Translations under genes and position numbers: made by a program
Part shown: in pieces, positions 53,140 through 63,474 of the stretch
How positions within the stretch are numbered: position 1 is the stretch's first letter
How the letters are laid out: every line of letters starts with the position of its first letter
Origin: an uncultured delta proteobacterium
GTDB taxonomy: Bacteria; Myxococcota; Myxococcia; Myxococcales; Anaeromyxobacteraceae
Assembly (NCBI GenBank): GCA_963814585.1
Contig: CAWFDF010000004.1
Span: forward strand, 544,001-608,000
DNA length: 64,000 nucleotides
Direction of reading: 5' to 3'
The notes under the pieces: generated by a model
Databases searched by the model: none
What the model was told of the DNA's origin: nothing
Seen by the model: only the letters and a program-made list of their open reading frames with translations

Positions 53140-53171
53140 CGCCCCGGCTGGCGCCGCGGCGGTCCGCCCGA

Positions 53172-56100
53172 TCAGGGCGATGGCGCCGGCGCCAGCACCA
53201 CGCTCCGGGCCTGCGCCGCGTCCACCTCGGCGGCGAAGGAGGCGAAGGCCGGGAAGTCGGCCGGGGGGATGCGCGCCAGCGGGACGTCCAGCCGCTCCTC
53301 ACAGCGAAGCGCCCCGCCCTCGCTCCACTCGCGGCGCTGGTAGCGGCCGAACGGCGCGTCGATCCGCACGGGCGGGCCCGCGACCACGGCGAACCCCGCC
53401 GGCGGGATCAGCGTGAGCGAGATCCGCTGCTCGATCTGCTCGTCGACGAGGAGCGGCGAGGTGCGGGAGGAGACCGTGGCGAACTGCCGGGCCAGCAGGG
53501 CCGGCGGCCCGAGCCACTCCAGCCGCAGCCCCGCGCCGGTGCCCCGCGCCACCGCCGGCGCCCGGCCCCGCCAGCGGACGGCGAGCGGCTGGTCGGGCGA
53601 GTCCATGCCCTCGAGCTCCACGGCGCCGATCGAGAGCCCGGTCAGCGAGCCGGCGTGGAGCATCTCGATGGCCTGCAGCCGCTGGGCGCCGTCGATGCGC
53701 TCGAACAGCTCCTTGGCGGCGGCGCCGACCACGCCCGCGAATCGCTCCACCCCGGTGAGCTCGGCCGAGCCGTCGGCGGCGAGCCGGATCAGGTACTCGC
53801 TCTCCCGCCCCTCCGGGATGGGCACCGAGGCGGGCGTGCGGGCGCGGGTCGGGTGCTCTCCCGGCCGCGGCAGGATCAGCGCCTCGCGATCGCGGAACCG
53901 CTCCTGCAGCGCGCCGAACGGGACCAGCCGGCTGGTGCCCTCCAGCCAGGCCGGACCGCCCGGGAGCGCGACCCGCAGCAGCAGCGCCGTCCAGCTCTCC
54001 TCCCGGCCGAAGCGGTACGGCTCCTGGTTGGCGTCGAAGGGGCTCACCAGGGCGAAGCGTGCTGGAACCCCCAGCTCCTCGAGCAGCGCCGCGGCGAGCA
54101 CCAGGCGGCTCCCCCGGCCTCGCGAGAGGATGACGCTGGCCGGGGCGAGGTTCCGGTCGCCCGCGCTGGAGAGCCTTAGCCGGGTCTCCTCCCAGGCCGC
54201 CCGTGCCAGGACCTCCGGCGTGGCGCCGGCGCCGCAGCGGGCGCGGAGCCCGGCCGCCACCGCGCGCAGCTCGCCGGTCGAGCGGAGCAGTGCGGCCAGC
54301 GCGTCGGCCTGGCGCAGCTGCATCGCCTCGGTGCCCTCGCCCACGCCGGCCTGGACGAAGGGGAGCAGCTCGGGCGCGGGCGGCGAGTGCGGCTCGGCCT
54401 GCACCCGCGGCACGTTCCGCCGCTCCACCCGGAGCAGCTCCTGGCCGCCCGCCGTCACCACCGCCGGCGGCGGCACCAGCCGGTGCCCGTCGGCCTCGAG
54501 GCCGAAGCCGGCGGGCGCTCGGACCACGTAGCTCCCGAAGAAGACCCGCTCCCCGGGGACGGCCAGGTAGAACGGTGCGGCCGCGACCGGCGGGACCGGG
54601 CGCGGAGGCCGGTTGGACCGCAGGTACTCCAGCTCGAAGAGGTCGCCGGGCTCGATGCTGGAGAGCGAGTGGCTTCCCTTGGCGTCGCCGAGGTCGGGCT
54701 CCACCACGCGGCCGTCGGCCTTGATGGTCCGGAGCCGGAGCAGCTGCGCGTCGTCGGGCGGCACCACCTCGCCGTAGCGGTCCACCGCCTGCTGATCGAG
54801 GAGCCGGACCACCTGGTGGACCCGCTCGGTGGAGGCGCCGCCAGCGTGGAACTCCACCGCCGCGGCGTCGAGGACCAGCACCGCCGAGCCGGTCTCCTTC
54901 GGCGACGCCGCCCAGTACTCCCGGAGCACCGCCCCGGCATCGATGGCCAGGTCGTCGAGCACCTCGCGGCCGTCCTCGAGCGCCAGCAGGCGCCGCGTCA
55001 CCAGGTCGGCGCCGTCGAGCCGGAGCGCCTCCTCGCGGGCCTTCCGGGCGCCGGCCCGGTCGCCTTCGAGGTCACCCAGGTCGGCCACCGCCCTGGCCAG
55101 CGACCCATCCGACGGCCAGGCCACGCGGAGGGCCTCGAGGATCGCCAGGGCGCCGGGCGCATCGCCGGCAGCCCGTCGCGCCTGCGCCAGCCGCCTCCCG
55201 ATCCGGGCCTCGGTGGGACGCGCCCTGAAGAGCGGCTCCAGCAGGTCGCGGGCCCCGGCCGCGTCGCCGCGCCAGAGCCGGTGCTGCGCCAGCCGCTCAC
55301 TTCCGCCCGGACAGGCCTGTCCCGTCGCCACCAGCTGGTCGACGCGCGCCACCTCGTCGCGCCGGGTGGCGAGCTCGAGCAGCAGGGGGACGGCGCCGCA
55401 CCGCGCCCCGGCCTCCAGCGCCCGCCCGGCGAGCACCTCGGCCACCTCGGCCTGGCCCCTCGCCTGGGCGACGCGGGCCCCGAGCGCCAGGGCCGGCCAC
55501 CGCGCTCGCAGCGGCTCCGGGAGGCCGGCCAGCGCCCTCTCGGCGTCGTCGGCCCGCTCCATGGTGAGCAGCAGCCTGGCCAGCTCGAGCCGGGCCGGAC
55601 CATCGCCCGGATCGGCGGCCAGCGCGAGCCGCAGCGCCTCCTCGGCCCGGCCGCGCCGCACCTGCTCGTCGAGCGTGGCGTCGGCGGCGTGGAGCCGGCC
55701 GCGGAGCGCCAGCAGCGGCGCCGAGCGCGGCGCCAGCGCCAGCCCGTCCTCGGCGAGCGCCTTGGCCACCTCGACGTCGTTGGTGGCGTCGCGGGCGGCC
55801 AGCTCGAACGCCCGGGGCTGGCCTCCGTCGGCGAGGGCGCCGGCCAGCTCGGCCGGCGACCATGCCGCGGCCGGGAATGGCCCGGGGCCGGCCGGGAGGA
55901 GCGCCCCGGGCGGACGTGGGCGGGCCAGCAGCCGCGCCGGCCGGCCGTCGGCCCGGGCCAGGCCCAGCATGAAGGTGGGCCCTCCGCCGTCGCGCACCAC
56001 CTTGACCAGGAGCTGGTGGGGCCCCGGCGCCAGCGTCACCGCCACGAAGCGCTGCCCGGCCTCGGTCCCGATCCAGCTCCGCCGCTCGGCCAGCGGGGCA

Positions 56101-56792
56101 CCGTCGAGCCAGGCCCGCACCGATCCCCCGGAGCGGACCATGGCGAGGTGGGGGCCGCCCTCCAGCACCTCCAGGTCGGCGGCCAGGTAGAGGCAGGCTC
56201 CATCGAGGGGCTCACCGTCCAGCGAGACCTCGCCGGTGGGCGCCTCCAGCGGGCGGGTCGGCCGCGGCGGGCCCAGCAGCGGCCCGGGCACCGATCCAGG
56301 CAGCTCCCCCTGCTCGGGTGGGAAGGGGCGCTCGAAGTCGATGGCGGCGAGGGCCCCGAACGGCCCGGCCACCGACCAGCTGGTGACCGCGCCGTTCTCG
56401 GCGCGGAGCGTCACCAGCCGCTCCGCCTCGCCCAGCGACTCGGCGGCGGCGATCCTCGCCACCCGGGCCCGGTAGGCGGCCAGCCCCTCGAGCGGCGCAC
56501 GCGGCCGCAGCCCGGCCAGCGCCGCCTCGACCAGCGGCGCCAGCTCCCCCGACTCGTGGGCCAGGCGCCCCAGCTCGCGCAGCGCCACCAGCGCCAGCGG
56601 GTGATCCGGGGCGGCCTCCACCAGCGCCGCCAGGTGCTCCACCGCCCGCTCCGGCTGCAGCGCCCGCTCGGCCTCCATGGCCGCCTCGAGCCGGTCCCAG
56701 GGCTGATCGGAGCGCCCCGCCCCGGCCAGGCCGGCCGGCCCGGCACAGGCGGCGAGCAGGAGCAGCGCGGGCGCGAGCTCTCGGGAGGTCAT
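53172..56792 (-). CDS. TPR/DUF3857 transglutaminase-like lipoprotein, catalytic Cys absent
   Basis: Lipobox LLAAC; WSVAGPF domain; TPRs; LRTIKADGRVVEP and PGDLFELEY (DUF3857-like); RGRGSR where the neighbour has FGDCKD. Confidence 0.75.
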   Translation of the reverse strand: MTSRELAPALLLLAACAGPAGLAGAGRSDQPWDRLEAAMEAERALQPERAVEHLAALVEAAPDHPLALVALRELGRLAHESGELAPLVEAALAGLRPRAPLEGLAAYRARVARIAAAESLGEAERLVTLRAENGAVTSWSVAGPFGALAAIDFERPFPPEQGELPGSVPGPLLGPPRPTRPLEAPTGEVSLDGEPLDGACLYLAADLEVLEGGPHLAMVRSGGSVRAWLDGAPLAERRSWIGTEAGQRFVAVTLAPGPHQLLVKVVRDGGGPTFMLGLARADGRPARLLARPRPPGALLPAGPGPFPAAAWSPAELAGALADGGQPRAFELAARDATNDVEVAKALAEDGLALAPRSAPLLALRGRLHAADATLDEQVRRGRAEEALRLALAADPGDGPARLELARLLLTMERADDAERALAGLPEPLRARWPALALGARVAQARGQAEVAEVLAGRALEAGARCGAVPLLLELATRRDEVARVDQLVATGQACPGGSERLAQHRLWRGDAAGARDLLEPLFRARPTEARIGRRLAQARRAAGDAPGALAILEALRVAWPSDGSLARAVADLGDLEGDRAGARKAREEALRLDGADLVTRRLLALEDGREVLDDLAIDAGAVLREYWAASPKETGSAVLVLDAAAVEFHAGGASTERVHQVVRLLDQQAVDRYGEVVPPDDAQLLRLRTIKADGRVVEPDLGDAKGSHSLSSIEPGDLFELEYLRSNRPPRPVPPVAAAPFYLAVPGERVFFGSYVVRAPAGFGLEADGHRLVPPPAVVTAGGQELLRVERRNVPRVQAEPHSPPAPELLPFVQAGVGEGTEAMQLRQADALAALLRSTGELRAVAAGLRARCGAGATPEVLARAAWEETRLRLSSAGDRNLAPASVILSRGRGSRLVLAAALLEELGVPARFALVSPFDANQEPYRFGREESWTALLLRVALPGGPAWLEGTSRLVPFGALQERFRDREALILPRPGEHPTRARTPASVPIPEGRESEYLIRLAADGSAELTGVERFAGVVGAAAKELFERIDGAQRLQAIEMLHAGSLTGLSIGAVELEGMDSPDQPLAVRWRGRAPAVARGTGAGLRLEWLGPPALLARQFATVSSRTSPLLVDEQIEQRISLTLIPPAGFAVVAGPPVRIDAPFGRYQRREWSEGGALRCEERLDVPLARIPPADFPAFASFAAEVDAAQARSVVLAPAPSP

Positions 56793-59700
56793 GGCTTTCC
56801 TCCCCTGGCGACACCCGGCGGGAGCCGGACCGTCACCCGCCGCGCCACCGCCCGATCCAGCGCGATGAGCTGGTCGCGGAAGACCGGGTAGTCCTCCGTC
56901 GGGACGGTGGCGCTCTTCCAGGTCACGTCGAGCTCCGAGATCACCGCGCCGGCCTCGGCCCGGTGGCGCAGCGACCAGGCCAGGTGGGGGCCGTCGGAGG
57001 CGGCAGGAGGGGGCAGCTCCAGCGCCTCGGCGCGCGGTGGCAGGGTGACGCGGTAGGCGGCGCGGCTGGTGGAGGGTTCCTCCAGCTGGAGCGGGTGACG
57101 CCGGACCGAGAGGGTCGCCCACCCGTTGCTCATGCTGCGCGGCTCGCCGAACGGGCTGAAGGAGAGCGCGTCCCCCTCGAGGCGGGCGAAGCGCGGGATG
57201 CTGGCGGCGTAGCGCTGCCGGACCGGCTCCTCGAGCCGGGCCAGGTCCTCGAAGGCCACCTGATCGACCCGGAGCCCCGGGTAGAGCTGCCCCAGCGAGC
57301 GCTCCAGCGACGGCTTGCGGTCGGCCTCGGACTGGAAGGCGCGGCGCAGCGCCGCCGCCCGCGAGCCGGCCTGCAGGTAGGTGGCCTCCACCGTGGCCGA
57401 GCCGTCCGGCGCCAGCTGGAAGGCCATGGCCGACTCGGAGCGGTTCTCCTCCGGGCGGGCCAGCGGCAGCCGGCCGAAGGTGGGCGGCCCGGCCGGCTCG
57501 ATGACCAGCACCGTGGCGCCGCGGTCCGGGCCGGGGATCTCGCCGGTGCCGGCGTGGTCGGCGGTGCCGTCGAGCCAGAGGCCCAGCGAGGGAACCCGGA
57601 GGATGGCGTGGTTGAAGACGGCCAGCGACGCGGGCGCCTCGGGGACGGCGCCGAGCTGGCTCATCCGCAGCAGCACCAGCCGCGAGTCGATGCCGACCGA
57701 GGCCAGCAGCGCGAGGGCGAGCGAGGCCTTGTCCTTGCAGTCGCCGAAGCGGCGCTCCAGGACCTGGTCCACGGCGTACGGCTTGTAGCCGTGGATGCCG
57801 AACTCGAGGGCCACGTAGCGGACCTGGGTGACCACGAAGGCGTGGATGGCGGCCACCACGGCGCGCCGCGCCCCCGGCTCGAGCGCCTCGCCACCGCCCG
57901 GCGGCAGCTCCGGCGGGAGGCCGCGCGCCCGCAGCGCCTCGGCGGCCAGGCCCCGCGCCAGCGCCTGGAGCTCCGCGCCGGCCCGCAGCTGGTCCTTCAC
58001 CAGGCCCCAGTAGGTGCGGTTCACCTCGTCCCAGCTCGCGAAGGTGGAGACGTGGAGGTAGCGGAAGAGCTCGGCCCAGCCCGGCAGGCGCGGCTCGCCG
58101 GCGAAGCGGGGAATGCCGGTGGCGGTCCAGCGGTGCTCGGTGAGCCCCCCGGGGAGCGACCGCGCGGCGTGGGCCACGCCGCGCGGCTGGTTGGCGTGGA
58201 CGGCCCGTCCCGCCGGCATGAGCAGCACGTAGTCGAGGCGGCGCCGCGCCGGACCGCCGTCGATGGGCGCGAGGTCGTTGAAGGAGTCGCCGAGCAGGTT
58301 GGCCTCGGCCACGTCGTCGAGCCGCCAGGCCACCTCCAGGACGTCGCCGGGCTGGAGCCCGGTGAAGGTGAGCGTGCGGACGTGGGTGTCGTAGTACATC
58401 CGGTACCAGGGCTCGCTGGCGCTGGTCTCGCGGTCCTCCCAGGTCTCGATCACCGTCCCGTCGGGCTTGTGGATCCGCCCACGCTCGACCTTCAGCTCCT
58501 GCCGGCCGGGCGCGTAGGCGAGCGACTGCCGGCGCGCCTCGTCGACGCCGCGCGAGGTCACCACCTTGATGACGGTCTGCTGGAAGCGCGAGGAGAGGCC
58601 GCTCGGCTGCACCCGGACCACCTCCAGGTCGGCCAGCACCACCATATCGTCGCCCGGCTCGGCCTTCACCGGCTGGCGCGCCAGGGCCGCGGCGTCGGCG
58701 GCGTAGGGCGCCTCGAACGGCTCGCGAGCCGGCTCCAGGCCCCGCACCAGCTCCTTGAGCGCCGGCTGCTGGGGGCGCAGCTCGAGCGACCGGCGCAGGT
58801 CGGCCAGCGCCTCGCCGCGCCGCCCGGCCCGCAGCCGCGCCCGCCCTCGCCGCTCCCAGGCCTCGGCGTCCTCTCCGCAGATCCTCAGGGCCGTCCCGAA
58901 CTGCGCCTCGGCCTCGGCGGCGCGCCCGTTGGCCGCCAGCAGGTCGGCCAGCCGCAGCCGCAGCTCCATGTCCCCGGGGTCGAGCCGGAGCGCCTCCTGG
59001 AGCAGCGTCGCCGCGCCCGCCGCGTCACCCAGCTGAAGGAGCAGGGCGGTGAGCTGGGCGCGTGGCGCCGGCAGGTCGAAGGCCAGCGCCACGGCCGACC
59101 GCAGCAGCCCCGCTGCCCGGCCCGGCTGGCCGTCCTCGCGCGCCGCCGAGGCCGCCGCCTCCAGCGCCGGCGCCGTGGCCGGCACCTGCTCGGCCAGCGC
59201 CAGCCGCTCCACCCGGGCGAGCGCCGTCTGCCCGGCCCGCTCGCGCGCGGCCGCCAGCGTGAGGCGCGCCTCCACCCAGCCGGGCGCCGCCGCCACCGCC
59301 CGCGCCCCCACCCGGACGGCCTCGTGGGGCCGATCCAGCCGCAGCAGCTCCTCGGCCAGCAGCCGCTGCACGCGCGGCTCGCCCGGCTCCAGGGCCTCGG
59401 CGGCGCGCAGCTGCGCCAGGCGGCGATTCCGGTCCTCCTCCTGGGCCGCCGCCGTGAGCCGGCCCTCCAGCCAGCGCGGCGCGACCTCCACCATCCGGCG
59501 AGCGAGCACCGCCGGCTCCAGCGAGCGCGGGTCGAAGGCACGCCGCAGGGCAAGCGCCGCCACCTCGGCGCGCAGCGCCTCGGCGTGCGCTCGGCGTGAC
59601 GCCTGGCCGGCCCCTCCTGCCGACGCCGCCGCCAGCCGCGCCAGCCGCTCCACCAGCCCGGGGAGCGGGCGCGGGGCCGCGCCGGGCGGGGGCAGCCGCG

Positions 59701-60556
59701 GCAGCGACTGCTGCACCGCCACCGGCGCTCTCACCAGGAGCGGGAGCCCGTCGCCGCGCGCGTCGGCGAGGCGCAGCGCGAAGCCCATCCACCCGGTGTC
59801 GTGAGCCACCTTCACCAGCAACCGGTTGGGCCCGGCCTTCAGCGACACCAGCGCGCCGTGCTGGTCGAGGCGGGCCGGGTGATCGAGCCGGTCCTCGAGG
59901 GCCAGCACGCCGTTCACCCAGACCTTGCTGCGCCCGCTGGCCCCGAACCAGAGCCGGGCCGGCTGGTCGCGCGGGCTGTCGACCACGGCCAGCGCGTAGG
60001 CCGCCACCTGCTCGGCGGGGCGCAGCACGGCCCCCAGCGCCACCTCGCCGTCCACCACCGCCTCGGCGGGGAGTGGACGCCAGCCCACCTCGCGCCCCTT
60101 CCCAGGGACCAGCGCCGCGAGATCGAGCTCCCGCTCGGGTGGATCGGCGCGATCGAGCGCGCTCTTCCCCTCGTCGTCGAACGGCCCGATCACCAGCCAG
60201 CCCGTCACGGCTCCGAGCTTGCCGACCTGGGCCGCTGCCCGGTTCAGGTTGCCGCGGGCGCGCTCCTCCCTCGCCAGGCGGAGCCGCGCCAGCGACCGGA
60301 TCTCGGCGTCCGCCCTGGGATCGTCGAGCAGCCTCGCCAGCGCCTGGAGGCCCCGGGTCCGGTCGGGGACCTGGTCGGCCAGCTCGCGAAGCTCGCCCAG
60401 CGCCACCACGGCGCGGGGTCCGTGATCGCGGTCGAGCGCCGCGATGGCGGCGGCGTGGCGCTCGGCGGCGAGGTCGCGCCCCCGCGGCGCCGGGCCCTGG
60501 CCGGACGGCGTGGGCGCCGCGAGCAGGGCGGCGAGCGCGAGCGCTGGGGCGATCAT
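56789..60556 (-). CDS. TPR/DUF3857 transglutaminase-family protein
   Basis: Signal peptide; WLVIGPF; TPRs; VRYVALEFG, GDCKDK, FNHAI, WLDGT (Cys-His-Asp triad); 4-bp overlap with the downstream gene. Confidence 0.85.
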   Translation of the reverse strand: MIAPALALAALLAAPTPSGQGPAPRGRDLAAERHAAAIAALDRDHGPRAVVALGELRELADQVPDRTRGLQALARLLDDPRADAEIRSLARLRLAREERARGNLNRAAAQVGKLGAVTGWLVIGPFDDEGKSALDRADPPERELDLAALVPGKGREVGWRPLPAEAVVDGEVALGAVLRPAEQVAAYALAVVDSPRDQPARLWFGASGRSKVWVNGVLALEDRLDHPARLDQHGALVSLKAGPNRLLVKVAHDTGWMGFALRLADARGDGLPLLVRAPVAVQQSLPRLPPPGAAPRPLPGLVERLARLAAASAGGAGQASRRAHAEALRAEVAALALRRAFDPRSLEPAVLARRMVEVAPRWLEGRLTAAAQEEDRNRRLAQLRAAEALEPGEPRVQRLLAEELLRLDRPHEAVRVGARAVAAAPGWVEARLTLAAARERAGQTALARVERLALAEQVPATAPALEAAASAAREDGQPGRAAGLLRSAVALAFDLPAPRAQLTALLLQLGDAAGAATLLQEALRLDPGDMELRLRLADLLAANGRAAEAEAQFGTALRICGEDAEAWERRGRARLRAGRRGEALADLRRSLELRPQQPALKELVRGLEPAREPFEAPYAADAAALARQPVKAEPGDDMVVLADLEVVRVQPSGLSSRFQQTVIKVVTSRGVDEARRQSLAYAPGRQELKVERGRIHKPDGTVIETWEDRETSASEPWYRMYYDTHVRTLTFTGLQPGDVLEVAWRLDDVAEANLLGDSFNDLAPIDGGPARRRLDYVLLMPAGRAVHANQPRGVAHAARSLPGGLTEHRWTATGIPRFAGEPRLPGWAELFRYLHVSTFASWDEVNRTYWGLVKDQLRAGAELQALARGLAAEALRARGLPPELPPGGGEALEPGARRAVVAAIHAFVVTQVRYVALEFGIHGYKPYAVDQVLERRFGDCKDKASLALALLASVGIDSRLVLLRMSQLGAVPEAPASLAVFNHAILRVPSLGLWLDGTADHAGTGEIPGPDRGATVLVIEPAGPPTFGRLPLARPEENRSESAMAFQLAPDGSATVEATYLQAGSRAAALRRAFQSEADRKPSLERSLGQLYPGLRVDQVAFEDLARLEEPVRQRYAASIPRFARLEGDALSFSPFGEPRSMSNGWATLSVRRHPLQLEEPSTSRAAYRVTLPPRAEALELPPPAASDGPHLAWSLRHRAEAGAVISELDVTWKSATVPTEDYPVFRDQLIALDRAVARRVTVRLPPGVARGGKP

Positions 60557-60590
60557 CCTGCGCCTGGGACGGGCGCCGGGGGGCGCGGCA

Positions 60591-60878
60591 CTAGGGCTTC
60601 AGCTCGGCCTTGATGAAGGCGGCCACGGCCTTGATCTCCTCGGCCGACAGCTGCGCCTTGAAGGAGGGCATCTTGGCCCGGCCGTTGGCGATCACCTGCT
60701 CCATCTCCGCCGCGGTGAGCTTGGAGGTGACCATGCTGGGCGTGCTGAAGATGGCCTTGCCCCGGCCATCGGCCCCGTGGCACCGGGTGCACTTGCCGTG
60801 AAAGACCACCAGCCCCGACTCGCCGGCCAGGGCGGCCAGCGGGGCGGAGAGGGCGAGGACCAGGGCGACGCGCTTCAT
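60591..60878 (-). CDS. Small periplasmic class I cytochrome c
   Basis: Signal peptide, CTRCH, KMPSF axial Met, LSAEEIKAVAAFI. Confidence 0.9.
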   Translation of the reverse strand: MKRVALVLALSAPLAALAGESGLVVFHGKCTRCHGADGRGKAIFSTPSMVTSKLTAAEMEQVIANGRAKMPSFKAQLSAEEIKAVAAFIKAELKP

Positions 60879-60985
60879 CGTTCTTCTCCGGGCTCCAGGG
60901 CCCGCGACGCGCGGGCCGGGCAGGAGTAGACCACTTCTCCGGCCGGGGGTCACGGGGCGTGGCCTGCGGCGACCAGGCCGCGCCG

Positions 60986-61663
60986 TCAGTCGGCGCGGGC
61001 CAGCGCCACCACCGTCACCCCTCGCGCTCCCGCCGCCAGGAGCGCGCGCGCGGCGGCGTCGGCGGTGGCGCCGGTCGTCACCACGTCGTCCACCAGCACC
61101 AGTGCGCGGCCGGCCACCCGCCGCGGCTCGGCGACGAAGGCACCGGCCACGTTGGCGGCGCGCGCCGCGCGCGTGCGGCCCACCTGCGGGGGCGTCTCGC
61201 GGACCCGCCGCAGCGCCCCCACCAGCAGGGCGGCGCCGGCGGCGCGGGCCAGGTGCTCGGCCAGGCGGCCGGCCTGGTCGTAGCCCCGGGTCAGCCGGCG
61301 CCGCCGTCCCAGCGGGACCGCCACCACCAGGGCGCCGGGCGGCAGGGAGACGCTCGCCGCCAGCCAGCGCCCCAGCGGCCGCGCCAGCGCCGGCCGGTCG
61401 CCGTACTTGAGGGCGTGGATGGCGTCGGCCAGCGGGCCCCCGAAGAGGCCGGCGGCCTGGAGCGCGTCGAAGGCCGGCGGACGGGCCAGGCAGGCGCCGC
61501 AGGCCGTGGCGCGACCGGGGAGTCCGCAGCGCGGACACCCCTCGGCGGGCGGGACGATGGCGTCGGCGCAGGTGCCGCAGAACGGCTCCCCCGCCTCACC
61601 GCAGGCGGCGCACCGGGGAGGGTAGAGCAGGTCGAGGAGCGCGGAGGCGAGGGAGCGGAGCAC
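60986..61663 (-). CDS. comF: ComF family protein (zinc ribbon + PRTase)
   Basis: LLYPPRCAAC, CPRC, LKY, RGYDQA, LVDDVVTTGAT. Start 61663 or 61714. Confidence 0.9.
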   Translation of the reverse strand: MLRSLASALLDLLYPPRCAACGEAGEPFCGTCADAIVPPAEGCPRCGLPGRATACGACLARPPAFDALQAAGLFGGPLADAIHALKYGDRPALARPLGRWLAASVSLPPGALVVAVPLGRRRRLTRGYDQAGRLAEHLARAAGAALLVGALRRVRETPPQVGRTRAARAANVAGAFVAEPRRVAGRALVLVDDVVTTGATADAAARALLAAGARGVTVVALARAD

Positions 61664-61779
61664 GCTGCGGGGCAGAGCAGGGAGCGTGCCGAAGGTGACC
61701 ACGACATGGCCCATGCCCCCCGGTGCCTTCTCGTCGTGACCGGGACCCGGACCGCAGCCTCGACCCCGATCGCGGCTCC

Positions 61780-63330
61780 CTACTTCTGCACCAGCCCCAG
61801 CCCCTTCATCTCCTTGGGCTGGGGCAGCCCCATCACCTGCAGCGCGGTGGGCGCGACGTCGGCCAGGACGCCCTTCGGTCGGAGCTTCGCCCCTCGGTAG
61901 TCGGGATCGGCGAGGATGAAGGGAACCGGGTTGAGGGTGTGGGCCGTGTGCGGCTGGCCGGTGGCCGGATCGGTCATCATCTCGCAGTTGCCGTGGTCGG
62001 CGGTGACCAGCATCGCCATCCCCTGCTGGCGCGCCACGGCGGCGAGACGGCCAACGCACTCGTCCACCACGCGCACCGCCTTCACCGCCGCCTCCATGAT
62101 GCCGGTGTGGCCCACCATGTCGGGGTTGGCGAAGTTGACGAGCGCGAAGCCGTACTGGCCGGTGCCGAGCGCGGCGCAGAGCTTGTCGGTGACCTCCCGG
62201 GCGCTCATCTCCGGCCTCTGGTCGTAGGTCTTCACGTCGCGCGGGCTGGGCACCAGGATCCGCTCCTCGCCCGGGAAGACGGTCTCCCGCCCGCCGTTGA
62301 AGAAGAAGGTGACGTGGGCGTACTTCTCGGTCTCGGCGCAGCGGAGCTGCCTGAGGCCGGCCTTGCTCACCAGCTCCGGGAAGATCTGCTCCAGGCTCTG
62401 GGGCGGGAAGGCCACCGGCCAGGTGAAGGTCTCGTCGTACTGGGTCATGCAGACGTAGGCCGAGAGCTTCGGGACCACCGGCCGCTCGAACTCCTTGAAG
62501 GCCGGATCGGCCAGCGCCCGGGTCAGCTCGCGCGCCCGGTCGGAGCGGAAGTTGAAGAAGAGGACCGCGTCGCCGTCCTGGATGGAGCCGACCGGCCTGC
62601 CGTCGGCGTCGACGATCACCGTCGGCTTGACGAACTCGTCGGTCACGTCCTGGGCGTGGGAGGCCTCGACGGCCGCCAGCCCCGAGCCGGCGCGGTACCC
62701 CTCGCCACGGACCATGGCGGCCCAGGCCTGCGCCACCCGGTCCCACCGCTTGTCCCGGTCCATGGCGTAGTAGCGGCCGTGGACCGTGGCGACCCGGCCG
62801 GTGCCGGTGGTCTGGAGCCGCTGCTCCAGCTGCCGCATGAAGCCGGCGCCGGAGCGGGGCGGCGTGTCGCGGCCGTCCATGAAGGCGTGGACGAAGCAGC
62901 GCGCCACGCCCTCGCGCCGGGCCAGCTCGAGGCAGGCGTGGAGGTGGTCCAGGCTGGAGTGGACCCCGCCGTCGGAGACCAACCCCAGCAGGTGGAGCGC
63001 GCCGCCGTGGGCCCGGGCCCGGCGGCAGGCCTGCACCAGCGCGTCGTTCTGGAAGAAGGAGCCGTCCTCGACGGCGCGGTTGATGCGGACCAGGTCCTGG
63101 TAGACGATCCGGCCGCAGCCGAGGTTGGTGTGCCCCACCTCGGAGTTGCCCATCTGCCCCTCGGGCAGGCCCACCGACAGCCCGCTGGTCTCGAGCTGCG
63201 TCCAGGGAAACTCGCGCATGAGCGCGTCCATGCTGGGCGTGCCGGCGGCGGCGATGGCGTTGGCCTCGGTCTGGGCGCGCAGCCCCCAGCCATCGAGGAC
63301 CACCAGCAGGACGGGCTTCACCTTGGACAC
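61780..63330 (-). CDS. gpmI: 2,3-bisphosphoglycerate-independent phosphoglycerate mutase
   Basis: LDGWG, GQMGNSEVGH, SDGGVHS, DGRD, AETEKYAHVTFF, NPDMVGHTG, TADHGN; GGAGG RBS. Confidence 0.97.
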   Translation of the reverse strand: MSKVKPVLLVVLDGWGLRAQTEANAIAAAGTPSMDALMREFPWTQLETSGLSVGLPEGQMGNSEVGHTNLGCGRIVYQDLVRINRAVEDGSFFQNDALVQACRRARAHGGALHLLGLVSDGGVHSSLDHLHACLELARREGVARCFVHAFMDGRDTPPRSGAGFMRQLEQRLQTTGTGRVATVHGRYYAMDRDKRWDRVAQAWAAMVRGEGYRAGSGLAAVEASHAQDVTDEFVKPTVIVDADGRPVGSIQDGDAVLFFNFRSDRARELTRALADPAFKEFERPVVPKLSAYVCMTQYDETFTWPVAFPPQSLEQIFPELVSKAGLRQLRCAETEKYAHVTFFFNGGRETVFPGEERILVPSPRDVKTYDQRPEMSAREVTDKLCAALGTGQYGFALVNFANPDMVGHTGIMEAAVKAVRVVDECVGRLAAVARQQGMAMLVTADHGNCEMMTDPATGQPHTAHTLNPVPFILADPDYRGAKLRPKGVLADVAPTALQVMGLPQPKEMKGLGLVQK

Positions 63331-63474
63331 GCGGAACCTCCCCGGAGCGCCGAAGAGCGCGGTGCAAGGATACCAGGACCGCGAGGCGCAGGCCTCCGGA
63401 GGGCGGGAAGCCGCGGCGAGGCCTCGGTCGCATCGCCTTGCCTGCGCCCTGGCGCTGGTCCACCATGCGGCGCC

